DNA from: Monocercomonoides exilis PA203
Taxonomy: Eukaryota > Protista > Preaxostyla
Length of the DNA: 64,000 nucleotides
NCBI GenBank assembly: GCA_001643675.2
Contig: LSRY02000002.1
Span: 1,984,001-2,048,000, forward strand
Reading direction: 5' to 3'
Part shown: piece by piece, positions 22,901-32,200 of the stretch
How positions within the stretch are numbered: the stretch's first letter is position 1
How the letters are laid out: each line of letters begins with the position of its first letter
The notes under the pieces: generated by a model
Told to the model about the DNA's origin: nothing
The model's database searches: none
Seen by the model: only the letters and a program-made list of their open reading frames with translations
Translations under genes and position numbers: made by a program

Positions 22901-25883
22901 TTTCCAATTCATTGGATAAACACACAATGAAAGTGTGAGAAGTTTCTGATAAAGCTGAACAAAGGGCAAAAGAAATATTTGTTATACTGGACCTTTTGCT
23001 AACAATAACCATTCCTCTTTCAGTTGCATCTCTTGCAGGCAAAACTTTCACGTTTCGTCCCTTCACCATGGTTCTCACTCTCCATTCATAACTCTTCATT
23101 TCGACCACTTCCTTCCACTCAAATCCTTCGTTCACAACAATCTCCCTTGGGGATCCTTCGAATCTCAGCTGTACAGCTTTTTCTAGTGTTGAACATGGAT
23201 AGCCACTATATCCGCACTGGTCGAAGTTCAAATTGTTTGTTCCTCCCACAAACGCCGGACCTGCAAACGACTTTTGAAAATAGAATAACAATGGAACAGC
23301 ATATCCTTCATGATCACCGTTAAATCCCATGATCTCTTCTTCTTTGCTTCTATCCAACGAAATGCACGACACAAAGTGTGAATAATCTGCAACTGCACTC
23401 AAGCTTTCGGCATCCAGGAATATGCTTTTCCCCTTCCATGCTTTATTGCCATTTCCCAAAACAAGTTTATTTAATTCAAAATTCTCGCTTCCAGGATTTA
23501 GTTTAAGAAATAATCCTCCTCCTTTCCCTTTCAATGATGCATCTGTCTGAACTGAACACGAATCAAGCGACACTTCAGTTAAACTTCCAATCTTCAAAAT
23601 GCAGTCAGAATTCAAAGTTACACACACTCCACCTCCATTTCCATTCAGCAGTTGGCACTCCATAAATGAAATGTTGTTCAATAAAAGATTTTGCGAAGAT
23701 TGAAGTTCAGTTTCCACTATTCCTCCATTTCCATTTCTTCTGATGATATTCAGAAAACAAGAAGAGTTAAAAAGAAAATCAGCTGTATTCGAAAATGACA
23801 AACAAGGTGAGCCATCAAATTCCATGTCTTTCAAAATACATTCACTCAAAATCATTTTTCCATCAATGACTTTCACCACACTTGAAAACAGATTCAATAC
23901 TCCATTAATTGTTTGGGGATTAGTAAAAATGCATTGGCCCACAGAACAATAACCCTTTATCACAAAAAAAACTGTTGATGAAATTGAAGATGCACTTGCT
24001 TGCGGAATAAGTGTAAAAGAAGTTATATCCAACAAACCTCCATCCACAATAAACAGATCATTCCCCGATGCAGCGCTTTTCATTTTTATTACAGTGTTTG
24101 ATTGTGACTCTCCAATAATTCTTATCCTTTTTGTTCCCACATTTAAAACTTTTTCCACATATTCTCCACGCTTCACGAAGATTGGTGACTTGCGAAATGC
24201 ATCGCCTAACTTCTCAAATACGTGTCCAAGAGTCTTGCACTCTCTGGATGCATGCCCACACATTTCAAATTCATCATTTCCATATTCTGCAGAAATAAAA
24301 GTTTCATTGTACTGGGTTGGTGATGGAATCCATTCGCTTTTATCACCTGTGTCATTTCTCACAATAAAAAGAATAGGTTTTTGTACGTTAAAAGAATACG
24401 TCTCAATAAAATTCCTTTGTTGAACATCTGCAGAATATGAAAAAACGAAGTCTATACCATTGCAATATTCAAGTGCTGCATTATCTTCCAAAAAGCAAAA
24501 TTTCCAAAATGCTTCGGGAGATTGTTCACTTCCCCAACAATGAACAGCACCGCTTCTTGTTCCAGCTCTGTTTCCTTTAAACAAGCAATTTGTTACAAAA
24601 AATGTTGTGGATAATCGAGGAGAGTGTGACATTGCCCCTCCATAGTTTAGAACTTTGCTTGATAAAAACCTACACTCAATCAAGTCAGCTCCTTTGATCG
24701 TACAATGAAATAATATGCATCCATAGTGTTGAGATGATCCATTCCAGAACACGCATCCTTGAAATTTGCTTGATTGGGAATAGCACGCTGCGCCAGTGTA
24801 CCCACTAACGCAATTTGAAAAGTTCGAATCAACGACAGATGATAGGATGGTTGAGTTCACAGTGATGGCTCCACCACTCCCTATGCCACTGTTGTTCGAA
24901 GCTCCAACTTGGCAACAATTGAAAAAACATCGCATCACAGACAACTTGGCATCGCCAGAAATGTATAAAGCTCCTCCGAACTGTTCGGAAGAAGAGTTCA
25001 CAGAAATAAGTGGGCAATCAAAAACCTCAATTAATCCTGTTGAATAAGTCATTCTTCCGATTGGGCAATTTCCATTGCATTTCGAAAAAGTTGAGTTCGA
25101 AACTTTCATCGATCTGATTCCTTGAGTTGGAAATAGCACTCCATCAATTCCATTTGAAACGAAAGAAAAAGAACAATCCTGGATCAATCCATCTACAATG
25201 CGTTTTTGAACACATTTTTCTCTCGAAATTCCCCAAGTTATATTTTCAAAAGAACATCCTTTCACTTGCACAGCATTTAATGATCCATCACACAGAAAAT
25301 GCGAAGTGACAGAAACAAGTGAATCCTGAAAGTTTGAATCACGAATAGACGTACTTCCTTCGTTTGCACATTGAACAATTGCAAAATCTGTTTTAACCAG
25401 AGGCTTTTGATAATCTCTTCGAAGAGTTACATTTATCAATTGTAAATATCCATTGGAAAAAAATAGTGGCATTTTTTCGTCTTGAAAATGAAGAAACTTC
25501 ACATTTCGAAAAATGCTATTTGAATGTGTATCCAATTCGAAAAAGCAACCATTTTGATATCTTCTAAAGGTTATCTTTGCAAATTCAGTTGATGAATTTT
25601 TTGACAAAAAGTTCAACAGCAAAGAGGTCTGCTCATTCATTTCTTTTTTCTCAAAAAAATGATGAGGAGAACAACTCTCGATTTTTGCAACTTTGTTGAA
25701 ATCATCCTTTTTCACACGTTCGTTACGTAATGAAAAAAAAGAATTTCGTAAAACTTCTAATTCTTCTTCAATCGGCACAGCATCAACAAGAAATATTTCG
25801 CAAATCATTATTGAAAAGCAAAAAAAAGTCGAGGGCCATCCTATCATTCTGTATGTTTTTTCAGCTTTCATTTTATTGTTCAA
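13953..25883 (-). CDS. Giant type I membrane protein: pectin-lyase-like beta-helix repeat ectodomain, TM helix, degenerate TKL-like kinase C-lobe
   Basis: Single 3976-aa ORF with a hydrophobic N-terminal segment, eight modules marked by CG-x4-(P)C and GGG/GGA beta-helix motifs, a TM segment WPIIVIAMGVILFLVLVIAVIS, and the tail LRWKAPEL...VFSIGMMLWECLTLQIPF...ERP...RPT. Confidence 0.9.
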   Translation of the reverse strand: MNNKMKAEKTYRMIGWPSTFFCFSIMICEIFLVDAVPIEEELEVLRNSFFSLRNERVKKDDFNKVAKIESCSPHHFFEKKEMNEQTSLLLNFLSKNSSTEFAKITFRRYQNGCFFELDTHSNSIFRNVKFLHFQDEKMPLFFSNGYLQLINVTLRRDYQKPLVKTDFAIVQCANEGSTSIRDSNFQDSLVSVTSHFLCDGSLNAVQVKGCSFENITWGISREKCVQKRIVDGLIQDCSFSFVSNGIDGVLFPTQGIRSMKVSNSTFSKCNGNCPIGRMTYSTGLIEVFDCPLISVNSSSEQFGGALYISGDAKLSVMRCFFNCCQVGASNNSGIGSGGAITVNSTILSSVVDSNFSNCVSGYTGAACYSQSSKFQGCVFWNGSSQHYGCILFHCTIKGADLIECRFLSSKVLNYGGAMSHSPRLSTTFFVTNCLFKGNRAGTRSGAVHCWGSEQSPEAFWKFCFLEDNAALEYCNGIDFVFSYSADVQQRNFIETYSFNVQKPILFIVRNDTGDKSEWIPSPTQYNETFISAEYGNDEFEMCGHASRECKTLGHVFEKLGDAFRKSPIFVKRGEYVEKVLNVGTKRIRIIGESQSNTVIKMKSAASGNDLFIVDGGLLDITSFTLIPQASASSISSTVFFVIKGYCSVGQCIFTNPQTINGVLNLFSSVVKVIDGKMILSECILKDMEFDGSPCLSFSNTADFLFNSSCFLNIIRRNGNGGIVETELQSSQNLLLNNISFMECQLLNGNGGGVCVTLNSDCILKIGSLTEVSLDSCSVQTDASLKGKGGGLFLKLNPGSENFELNKLVLGNGNKAWKGKSIFLDAESLSAVADYSHFVSCISLDRSKEEEIMGFNGDHEGYAVPLLFYFQKSFAGPAFVGGTNNLNFDQCGYSGYPCSTLEKAVQLRFEGSPREIVVNEGFEWKEVVEMKSYEWRVRTMVKGRNVKVLPARDATERGMVIVSKRSSITNISFALCSALSETSHTFIVCLSNELEIVDCSVTPLSNSANFSLGYSFIVGIGGRIKIHSFMQNGLFVSDQTALFKIEESCSLECVWCTFGGIKRKNGNGGLLEVRGGEATRGGGRRMLLIDECEFGDCCVEEEGCCGGGIYFELMAEDSFVVNGSSIFEGCKTSTSVTNGGKGGGMIILLNDITGIFLIGDAVKFSKENPNDAICGKDIFVQCGDGILLKDKISSSSFGFFEDSGAQLEVLSHSGSEKGEEELIIPLAVYLCALPSPVIVDGSSGVDHSHCGFSYFPCYSMDYCAKERLTRNINQMKFTASSTLCGEVTFSDFSVIVNSTSDDVSVAIRDERSCILSSLIECSIDVSISKLGFKLPYLMQESHISFISSTVKLELSNCSFSFPTISSDTSINFCVIEVKEGDADLSEITICEDITFDASSFIVVESAHECTIGNGSFSGMKQENGNGGCIKIKRCLGSQASICVDNCSISSSCIKGNGLRGGGIMVSLMSHSVLSVEKSNFSACAVPVFEADENGKGLGGGAFIEVDDIESSMELRDVQFEFCSAWKGNNVFIFGNTLSEIVTSNSFIFDQSGMEENDLMGFERSTTKEDLFIPLELYFREFGKEGFVGGEMDEGYDHSGCGFADYPCQTIHFLLSLRYSENSMCANIKLLPSFVFTDALILESQEMIFKVEINGRNIFVNEEGTTVGGGLIETREKITFEGIEFIVPFFFSNVQRKSLFLCANGILTLIDSSLKAASGSLAYSFVIIQGGKIVMQNVQISLIDFGDVVVVELSGTGVYGVFDGVEMENIRKDGTEGLIRISDGASLEVFNSKAAGPQQFSNHGVIEIDALSSLSVSSTNFSLLTRNAGSGAAVCGTIGRGKKIEMRECNISSISCLASEARGGSVLASLNEGGALIFENNTVQMCKVNKTDGLGGGLHLTFASAEVEYSMRGNTFKDNDGYLGYDVYLVCPTPRLAVDKNKWVGSVEEGQDNKTLWAIDPEFPLGNDTMMKYLFGQPDSIIYVNTERGLKEGCGAEDLPCIELSYGFGKMVGEKNSLVVISLCELKGEINREMEPMTISGSGENGSDVIVNKEGHLVMTVGTRLSRISIDRIKFLLPEESLYDELMKIGVGTVYFVSCVFGGSADSSTQTSIMIVNGCDGFVQFDNATVQNTKFVNGNGVASMKRGSIALIEVKIENVSATGNILKCNEVMRMEIKSNCGFENCSSQDDGGALKCSLSEGGEMIIADATILKCSTKKNDGKGGGIFMSVVNESTSDYILRNLTFALNEASEGKDVFLNSYDLNLTVTNNRFVTNLVDETGAVIVNMKGIDAVRFNEGIDLLWLLIKRESDSVEISEDGFDILGCGEHEHPCNTFWRGFENVKAESPIKKIEVSGLCVINDSYDLSRFSVKSAEEEKPTILRFESGVDGSSGDAILVNKESLNVEWISFDFSISFSSKKSDIILTEGENSILRIWNCSFKNTERIKLVQTVVHSSGGYVEVKDVKVNNFESSIAPFHFTSSCEIVKCTFEDMSSEEEEAKGGVIRIELKNEEACIVKDVQTRKCECSKENGKGGWMFMDCSLSSVEHPFLFNNVSFLVNNATFGKNMFIESFNLNTTVTLETFLFAMDELKDDGNLLVGSDDVFEKADLFRFLVEYLNESIYVSSKGHDVMRCGSIEDPCMTMWKGLKHIIAEGDRREKMIVVINRVLFQDSYDLSGFALESSEIDETEGGDKEDSKSIVDVTNNAGERSLVTVRNKQSFRMKQITLSIAEGFENDEKCVIMNEDGSLRIEDCVFETKGTVENCGDYSFVIVKQGELVANKLELHQGNVKRSIIQLCTGCGCSVDAFVVEWTTISDGCVICVIDRNLSNSAKNTLIQINGSSFSSLSTNGPNPCVVESNSFCCVEASLNETRMEMSKASNCQKGGVVFMRLHSRGKLTMKQCEVVQCGCDFEEGRGGGAYIATEESGEMDFLFQSTIFKGNNAKIGNDIYVECVSIFDQINETQFRMDLREESFNRKNAIWGIDMVADSPVDLMFYITVHQADTIIVSSASGKGGSNERQCGSRDLPCLSLDYGLSHLTCDLDSRILVDTEGLIANEMELREVTVSSKSGNGCEVKFVSDIEKTEESLIQVFGNVQVSRVKFLFDTDFSSIHRCLFSMEGEQLIFISCAFSVKTADRSNGGILPLELVQVKEGCLTISEMEIKNMSFESNAILRICENSKEVKLVKLMIGDILLNSGCVILKESANILKNDLELTNGLQLMLSNFSNITSVIECPKCIEICASNQLMSIKNCSFVRCASKSEIGKIMRGERCTNISLESCLFDGETSEAEMEINTMDASEICKWNSSVIDLMNSNSLMKDNMMANASLGALTIRGGNCIIEKGEFNNNNPRIELFPSARRNILCEKEGKLNIESLKGGDGMERNASLWILNDGCELSGIVLERASEFFIPTLEAVEMKEVGDSIELTFRGTVLLPCNLQFQIVSRIGEVSSIETHAFSDEDFVSEVEVHGRIGSSLINSGGDEVEVSAHILFGKSNSPSSTESFILKNRSESEPKGDENVVEGGKKEGSTWPIIVIAMGVILFLVLVIAVISTVRWKKAKNEAEDLREIVNDNIRKDPKAFEMVTMEMSPEEQWRRAEREAEKNEERFKKRVYDTNMQHSESSEHLLSESGSTEYILGRDSDKIPQWMLEKVDEKEDEETRKRSPSPSISSTCSTDSDSTFVRGEDLCPTTSSMSNLVDAMACSSPHEKLIVDLRDSLFMLLHGKNEKKEMEIGTLQEREQTAAQILFWVANGALHSFEEEEMPLQSLANLSPHIVLFSEHMVICIAMHSDCSSSDSDSSSISSSTIVTSSSDCSRRSKRYTHSPPPSSAFEDDDDLRKECLRWKAPELMNGAKQHATKKTAVFSIGMMLWECLTLQIPFGEYEAVVAGQKIVNGERPAIGAELLGCFNDAVAGCLSPGWQSRPTLVDLKREFIQRFPAGSVMLTVSDAIDVAGGAGRGNFSRIVSSGSSNGSESWFS

Positions 25884-26233
25884 ATCAATGTTTTTTCATA
25901 GAAATAATGGGGTTGGCAAAAAAATATTCTTTTCTAAATTTGTGAAAGAAATTCAAAATCATTTATTTCATATTCTCCAAGAAATTTTTCGGCATCGAAA
26001 TATCAGCAAACACTGAGCTGTTGTTTAGCAACTGTTTCTGTTGGATTGGGTAATTTCTGGAAGGGTAATGTGATTTATTTTCCACCACACACATAGATAA
26101 CTCGAAATTTTCAATTAAAATTTAAAATACCAATAAAAATAATAAAATATAACCAACCATTTATAAAGAATTATTATTTTTATTCAAAAATAAAATGAAG
26201 TGGCAATTCAAATTTGAAGAAAATAATCTTTAT

Positions 26234-29200
26234 TCACTTATTTTGAAGTAAACTAAACTTTTTAATTTGAGGTGGGTATAGAAGTGATCTAATTTTATTG
26301 CAGATTAATCTGACAAATGAAGGATCATAAGAATATGTAAGATCTGAAGAAAATGAAGAGAGTGAAAGAGGATTAAAAGGCTGAAAATGAGATAAAACTG
26401 GTATTAAAGGAGAGATATGAGGGGGAAGAGAAGTTAAAGAAATTATAAGATCACTGAGATGATGATTTAAAACAGCTCTAATTTGTTTTGAAGAAGGCAA
26501 CGATGTTGAAGCATTCGATGATGGCTGCTGTTGTGCTTCTTGCGTTTGAAGAGGAGAGGGAATATGCAGAAGAAGAGCAAGTGAAGAAGGAGTTGAGGAA
26601 GAAGAAGGAAGTGAAATCGAGAATGAAGAAGGAAGCTGAACAAGAAGGCGGATGTGATGGAAAAGAAGGAAGTATGCTTGCTCCACAATCTGATTGATAA
26701 GACTGATTTGAGCTGAAGGTGATGGGGTAGTTTTAGAGAAAGGAAATGGTGCAAGCAAAGGAAGGCGTATTGAAATGTTTGCAGGCTCTGGTGATGTTGC
26801 AGCTGAAGGTGAAGAAGAAGATGCAGCAGAAACAGAGTCAAAAGAAGTCGATGAAGATGAAGTTGAGGCTGTCAAATGAGGAGGAATAGCTGATAAAAGG
26901 ATGTTTGTGGCGTCTGCAGCAATAAGGACTAATGTTGACAGCGGAGAGGCAACAGATGGATATGGCTGTTGCAACGAGTTTGCATTGAATGTTGGAGGAG
27001 ACATGTCTGTGTATGCAAGAGATGAAGAGCTGGCTGACGGTTGGAGTGACGCGGGCGCCATCAGAAGCGACGAGAAGTCTGGTTGGAAGAAAGCTCTGTT
27101 AACATCGCTGTCAGTCGTAAATGGCGTTTTCTCTTCCGTAGGCCGAGATGCTTTTGAGCTGGAAAAGTCAGATACTGCACTTGATGATGGAGAATCAATG
27201 CGTTGAGCAGCAGTCGAACCAGATGATGAAGCAGTTGACGCACTTGTTATTATCACCTTTGCAAAAAGCAGCAGCACGTTCCTGATAATAGTCAGAAAAG
27301 AAACTGACATATCGTCTATTTGCCCAAGCCATTTTTTGTCGCGCTGAATATGTTGTCTGCAAGCAGCTGTCATTGAAGAGGCAGATGAATGCACCAGATG
27401 CAACGCACTTGACGATTGAGAAGACATCATGCGGCAATCAAACGGCGCTCCAAAGCCACACGACAAGAAGGACGAGGCAACAGAAGCAGAAGAAGTTGGT
27501 TGCTCACCGGCAGAGGAAGAGGACTGATGATGTGCCGTTGCACGCTTTTTCGAGAGGAGATTGTCAACGATAGACACAAGCACGTTTCCACTCATAGAAG
27601 CAGCAGTTGATTTAGATGCTGGTGCGGATTTATCTTCATTGGTATTTCTAATGTTCCGAACATACGACCGAGGAGAACTTGAGAGTGCAGAAATCATCGT
27701 TCGTCTGTTCTTCAAAGCTCTCATTTGCACAACTTCTGATTCCAGCGCTTCCAATGCATCTGTGACAGAAGGCAGAGAATTAGCATTAATTGCTGACTGC
27801 CCTCTTGATCCACCCAACCGTCTCAGCCCAAAGATGTTGCTTGCCAACGAAGAAGACGCAGAAGACAAAGAACGAGACGCCAAATGGGCTGCTGTGTATC
27901 GAATTGATGTAAGGAAATCAGACGGAACAGCAACTTCTCTCCAACGCAGCAACCGAGTGAGCAAAGAAGAGAGAGCAACAAACAATTTCTGCTTCACCTG
28001 ATTCGCTTTGGATTTCGTTGTTACTGTAGATTCATCTGCATCAAATTCAATTTCTGCAGATTCCATTCCTTTGCTTTCTTTATTCAACTTCTGAGGCTCG
28101 TCAATATCAGCATTACTGTTCATGTTTCCGAGATTTGATGTGGCAATCCACGAAGAGTTCCAATAAGGAACTGTTTGTGAAAGAATGCCAGTGATTAATT
28201 CAATCTCCAAAATGAACGCAGGAGAAGGTGCAGGAAGCGGAGGAAGAGAGGAAGATGTAGATAAAGAAGAAGATGTTGAGGATGATGCGATAGATGATGT
28301 CTCTGTTGTGAGCAAGAAATATCGAAGAGGTCTGATAAACAATCTGTGATGAAGGAAAATGAACGAAAGCAGTTTGTCAATTACTGTTTGCGTAGAAGTG
28401 GAAAATGACATATTAGAACTTGGGCGATTGAAAGAGGAAACTGTGGTTGAAGCAGAATGAGAGTAAGGTGAATCACCAAGGATCCTAATTGGAGATGAGG
28501 ATGGTAAAGGAGAAACAGAAGGGGAATGTGATGAAACAGGAGAAGGCAAAGATGATGAGGAATATGATAGTGATGATGGAGACTTACTGAAAGCAAGTGA
28601 AGAGCTGAGGTTGCGAGACGAGGTTGCAATTAGAGAAAGAGAAATTGAATGGAGGAATCTCAGCAAAGGAATGAAAGCAAGGCAAAATACATCGAACGAG
28701 ACTGTTGTTGATGTTGAAGAAAGTTTTGATGAAAACGAAACAACCGCATCAGCAGCTGTGCTGATGGACTCTTGTTTTTTATCTTTTGCCAAACGGTCTT
28801 TGTTTCTTCTTTCTCTCTTCTTCTTTTCGTATCTGTCGCTGTGGCTTTCACGTGATTGTCCTTCATTCTTGGAATAGCCAGACGCTGACGGAAGCACACC
28901 TCCTGAATGGTTCTGATAGACCACTTCCATTTTGAGGAATGAAAGCGAAGAAACGACATCGATTGCACCTTCTTCAACAAGAAGCAATCCAGGTGAGAAA
29001 GAAAGAGGAGGCAAAGGATTAAAAGCAGAAGCCACATTCAACTGCGAATCAAACGAATGTCGATATTGTGAGCTCCTTTGGATGTTTGATTGTTGCTGTG
29101 CATTGAGAGCATGAACGTGTGCAGGTGATGGCTGTTGGGCAAAGACTGACAAAAAGGCCATTTGTGCTTCGAAAATGAAAGGATAGTGATAAAACAAAGA

Positions 29201-32200
29201 AGATGAGTCTGCTGCATTTGCACTAACTGGAGATAAGAAGATAGAAGAAAGAGAAGCAGATCCTGAGGCTGGAACTTTGCCAGAAGAAGTGTAAGGAGTT
29301 GATGGAGAAGAAGAAGCAAATGAAAGAGCTAGAGATAAAGGAACATCGATTGTCTTCACCAAAGTGAGTACTCTTTGAGGTAGTCCTGTCTGTGCAAATG
29401 AAATGAGCCAGTGCGACCTGTCGAGCTGGAGAAGTGTAACAGCGAATGAAAGAGAAAGTGCTTGGAATATGGATGAAGATAGCAAAGTTGGTGTTGTGTC
29501 CAGAAGAGAAAGAAGCGTCGAGCAAATCGATGAAGAAAAGCTGCGCAGAGTAAGAATAACACGAGAATGAAGAGAATGGAGAGCAGATTGAGCAGATGTT
29601 GTGGCAGAACTTAAAGGTGGAAGTCCATCAGAAGAAGTTGAAGATACAGATGCTGATGCAGAAGCATAGGATGAAGATAATGTTGGGGTAGTATATGAGA
29701 ATCCCTGTGGATGTGTCAGGAATAAAAAGTTGTGAACTAGAGCCAAAATGGTTGCACGAAGGAGTGGAGGAGGAGGGGAGCTGGCGGATAATGGCACAGA
29801 GGATGAAGATGCGGAAAATGAGGATGAAGAAGAAGCTGGCGCAACTGCTGCATTTCTCAGTGGAGAATGGCCAACAGACAAGAGGGACAATGCTGTGTGA
29901 AGAATGTCTATGGTCAGCGATGGAGGTGCTGATAATACAGAAAATGATGAAATTAAGAATGATCCCGTATTGCTGTTGAGAGGTGAGTGGAGAGACAGAG
30001 AATAAGAAGGAAGCAGACTGGAAACCCTGAATTGAGGTGAAGACAGAGGAAAAGTCGAAGATTTCTGCGGTTTGCGCAGACTTCGTTGAAGAGAAGAAGT
30101 TAAAGAGCGTATTCCTTTCAATGTTTCGTTCAATGTTGCCAAAGACGAAGAAGAAGAAGCTGAAGAAGACGGATCCAACAGTCTGTCAAGCTCATCATCA
30201 TCCTCTTCTGAATTGCTGTCAGCATCATCGCCAATATAATCTGGATCGAATGCCTGCATTAAATCAGACTCAGAATTGTTCAATGAATCATCTTCACTGT
30301 CGCTGCTGTAATCATCTCCGTTTTCATCGTCTTCTTCTCCATCATTCTCAAAATTGTAAAATGCGCTATCTCCCAAAATCTTTGACATCGTAGAGTTTCG
30401 TGTTCCTTTTGATGATTTTTCGTTTTTGTCTGAAAATCCAAACAGTTCTGATTCCAATATGCTTTGTTTTTTGCTGCGCCTCTTCCGATGCACATGACCT
30501 CCCTGCAGTTCCTTCATAACAGCTCTTTCTTTTTCTCCTCTCCACTTAACTTCTGATCCCTTTTTCTTATTCAGCCTCGAAGCCATCGCAATGAATTGTG
30601 CATTTCGCATTTCAGAAATGAGCATCTCTGAAACGCCAGACAGAAGAGCAGCGGCCGGAGGAAGTGAATGTGTCACAGAAAGAATAACGGACAAGACAAG
30701 CTGAAGAGGAACAGAGTCAATGACAAGTGCAGCATTGGCTGGGATGATGGGATTAGAGCTGACGAAAGTGCGAAGAAGCGATTCGAGATGTGAAATGGAT
30801 GGGAATGAAGAAGGAATGCAAAGCAAAGATTCAGCAGATCTCAGAGTCTGCTGAGTGATAAAGACAAGATGCGATACAAGTGTTGACGAAGTATTGGAGC
30901 GTGTGATGGATGCAGAAGAAGAAGAAGCGGAGGAAGAAGTACTTTCATATGTAATTGTGTTTGAGATGAGAGAAATAAGGTCTGATGAGAAGTAGATCAA
31001 GATCACCTGCAGAAGATGCCTCCATCCATGCACAGCTGACAGATGGGCAGAAAACAATGCAGCTGCAGAACTTGGAGTGACTGGTAAGTCTGAAGTCACT
31101 CCGATGTTTGAATGATATGTGTGGTATGGCGAATGCATCAGCATTGCAGGCGAGAAATCTGTTCCAAGATGAACGTTGTCTGCATCAAAGATCATCTCAA
31201 CAGATGCAAACGAGCAAATTGACAGAAGAGCTGACAAAAAGGTTTGAACAGGCACATTTATCGCACGAAGAATTGACAGAAGAGGTGTGAAAAGTGCAGA
31301 ATTACCGTTCAATGACAGAATATTGCTGCTATCTGCATCAGCACCGTTGTAATCGGTTAATTGTATATCGTCTTTGTCAGTCTCTGATGCAGACGGCATA
31401 CTGCCACTTGAGCTGCTAATTGAAGATTTGCTTCGCAAAAGATCAGAATTAGTATTTGCGTTTTTATATCCAGCATTTGTTGTGCCGTTTCCATCTGATT
31501 TGACAGGATTGAACAGATATGAGACTAATTTCACTGCCTCGGTCACATCATTTTGATGTTTTGAATGGTCAGACAAAAAGTCCAAATCATCTTCGTCATC
31601 GCTGATGTTTGGATGGGTGTGAAGCAAAGATGCACCTGAAGAAGCCGCAGCTGCAAGCAATGTGTTTGTAGGTATCAGATAAGAGTCGTCTTTGGGCTTG
31701 TCCAAATCAAGAACAGACACAAGTGATGGAAATAGGATATCATTTTCTCCTCTTCCTCTCTTCTTTTCCGTCAACTCTCTGTTCATCAACAGCCCACCAC
31801 TCCGATTCTCGCTTCTTCTCCACAGCTTTGTCTGGTGTCTTCCGCTTCCTCCAATTGACTTGCTGCTACCGCTGAATCTTCCTCGTCGATGTGCTCGCTC
31901 GATTCCATATGCTTCCATTGCCATTGCAGTTGACTTTAAAACATACTCAGCAGTCAGCAAGAATGAAAGTGTTTGCGGAAGGCGATTCAATCCAAAAACA
32001 GACTGTGAATTCTCTTGTTCAGAAGACATCTTCCCAGATGATATGTTGCTTAATGCCTTTGCTGAAGAAGCTGACGAAGTATTCTGTTTCAATATGCTTT
32101 CACCGATACGTGAAATCACTTGTAGTTGTGTTGAGAAATAGCCCATTGCATTCAGATATCGAATAATCATTCTGAGATCTGGTAAAGTCAATGATGAATA

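Noticed and set aside
13798-25309. Numerous plus-strand ORFs (for example 14962-16158, 398 aa) overlapping the giant receptor
   Set aside because: These are antisense shadows of a long coding frame and have no independent motifs. The same applies to the shadow ORFs over NUP205 and the last gene.
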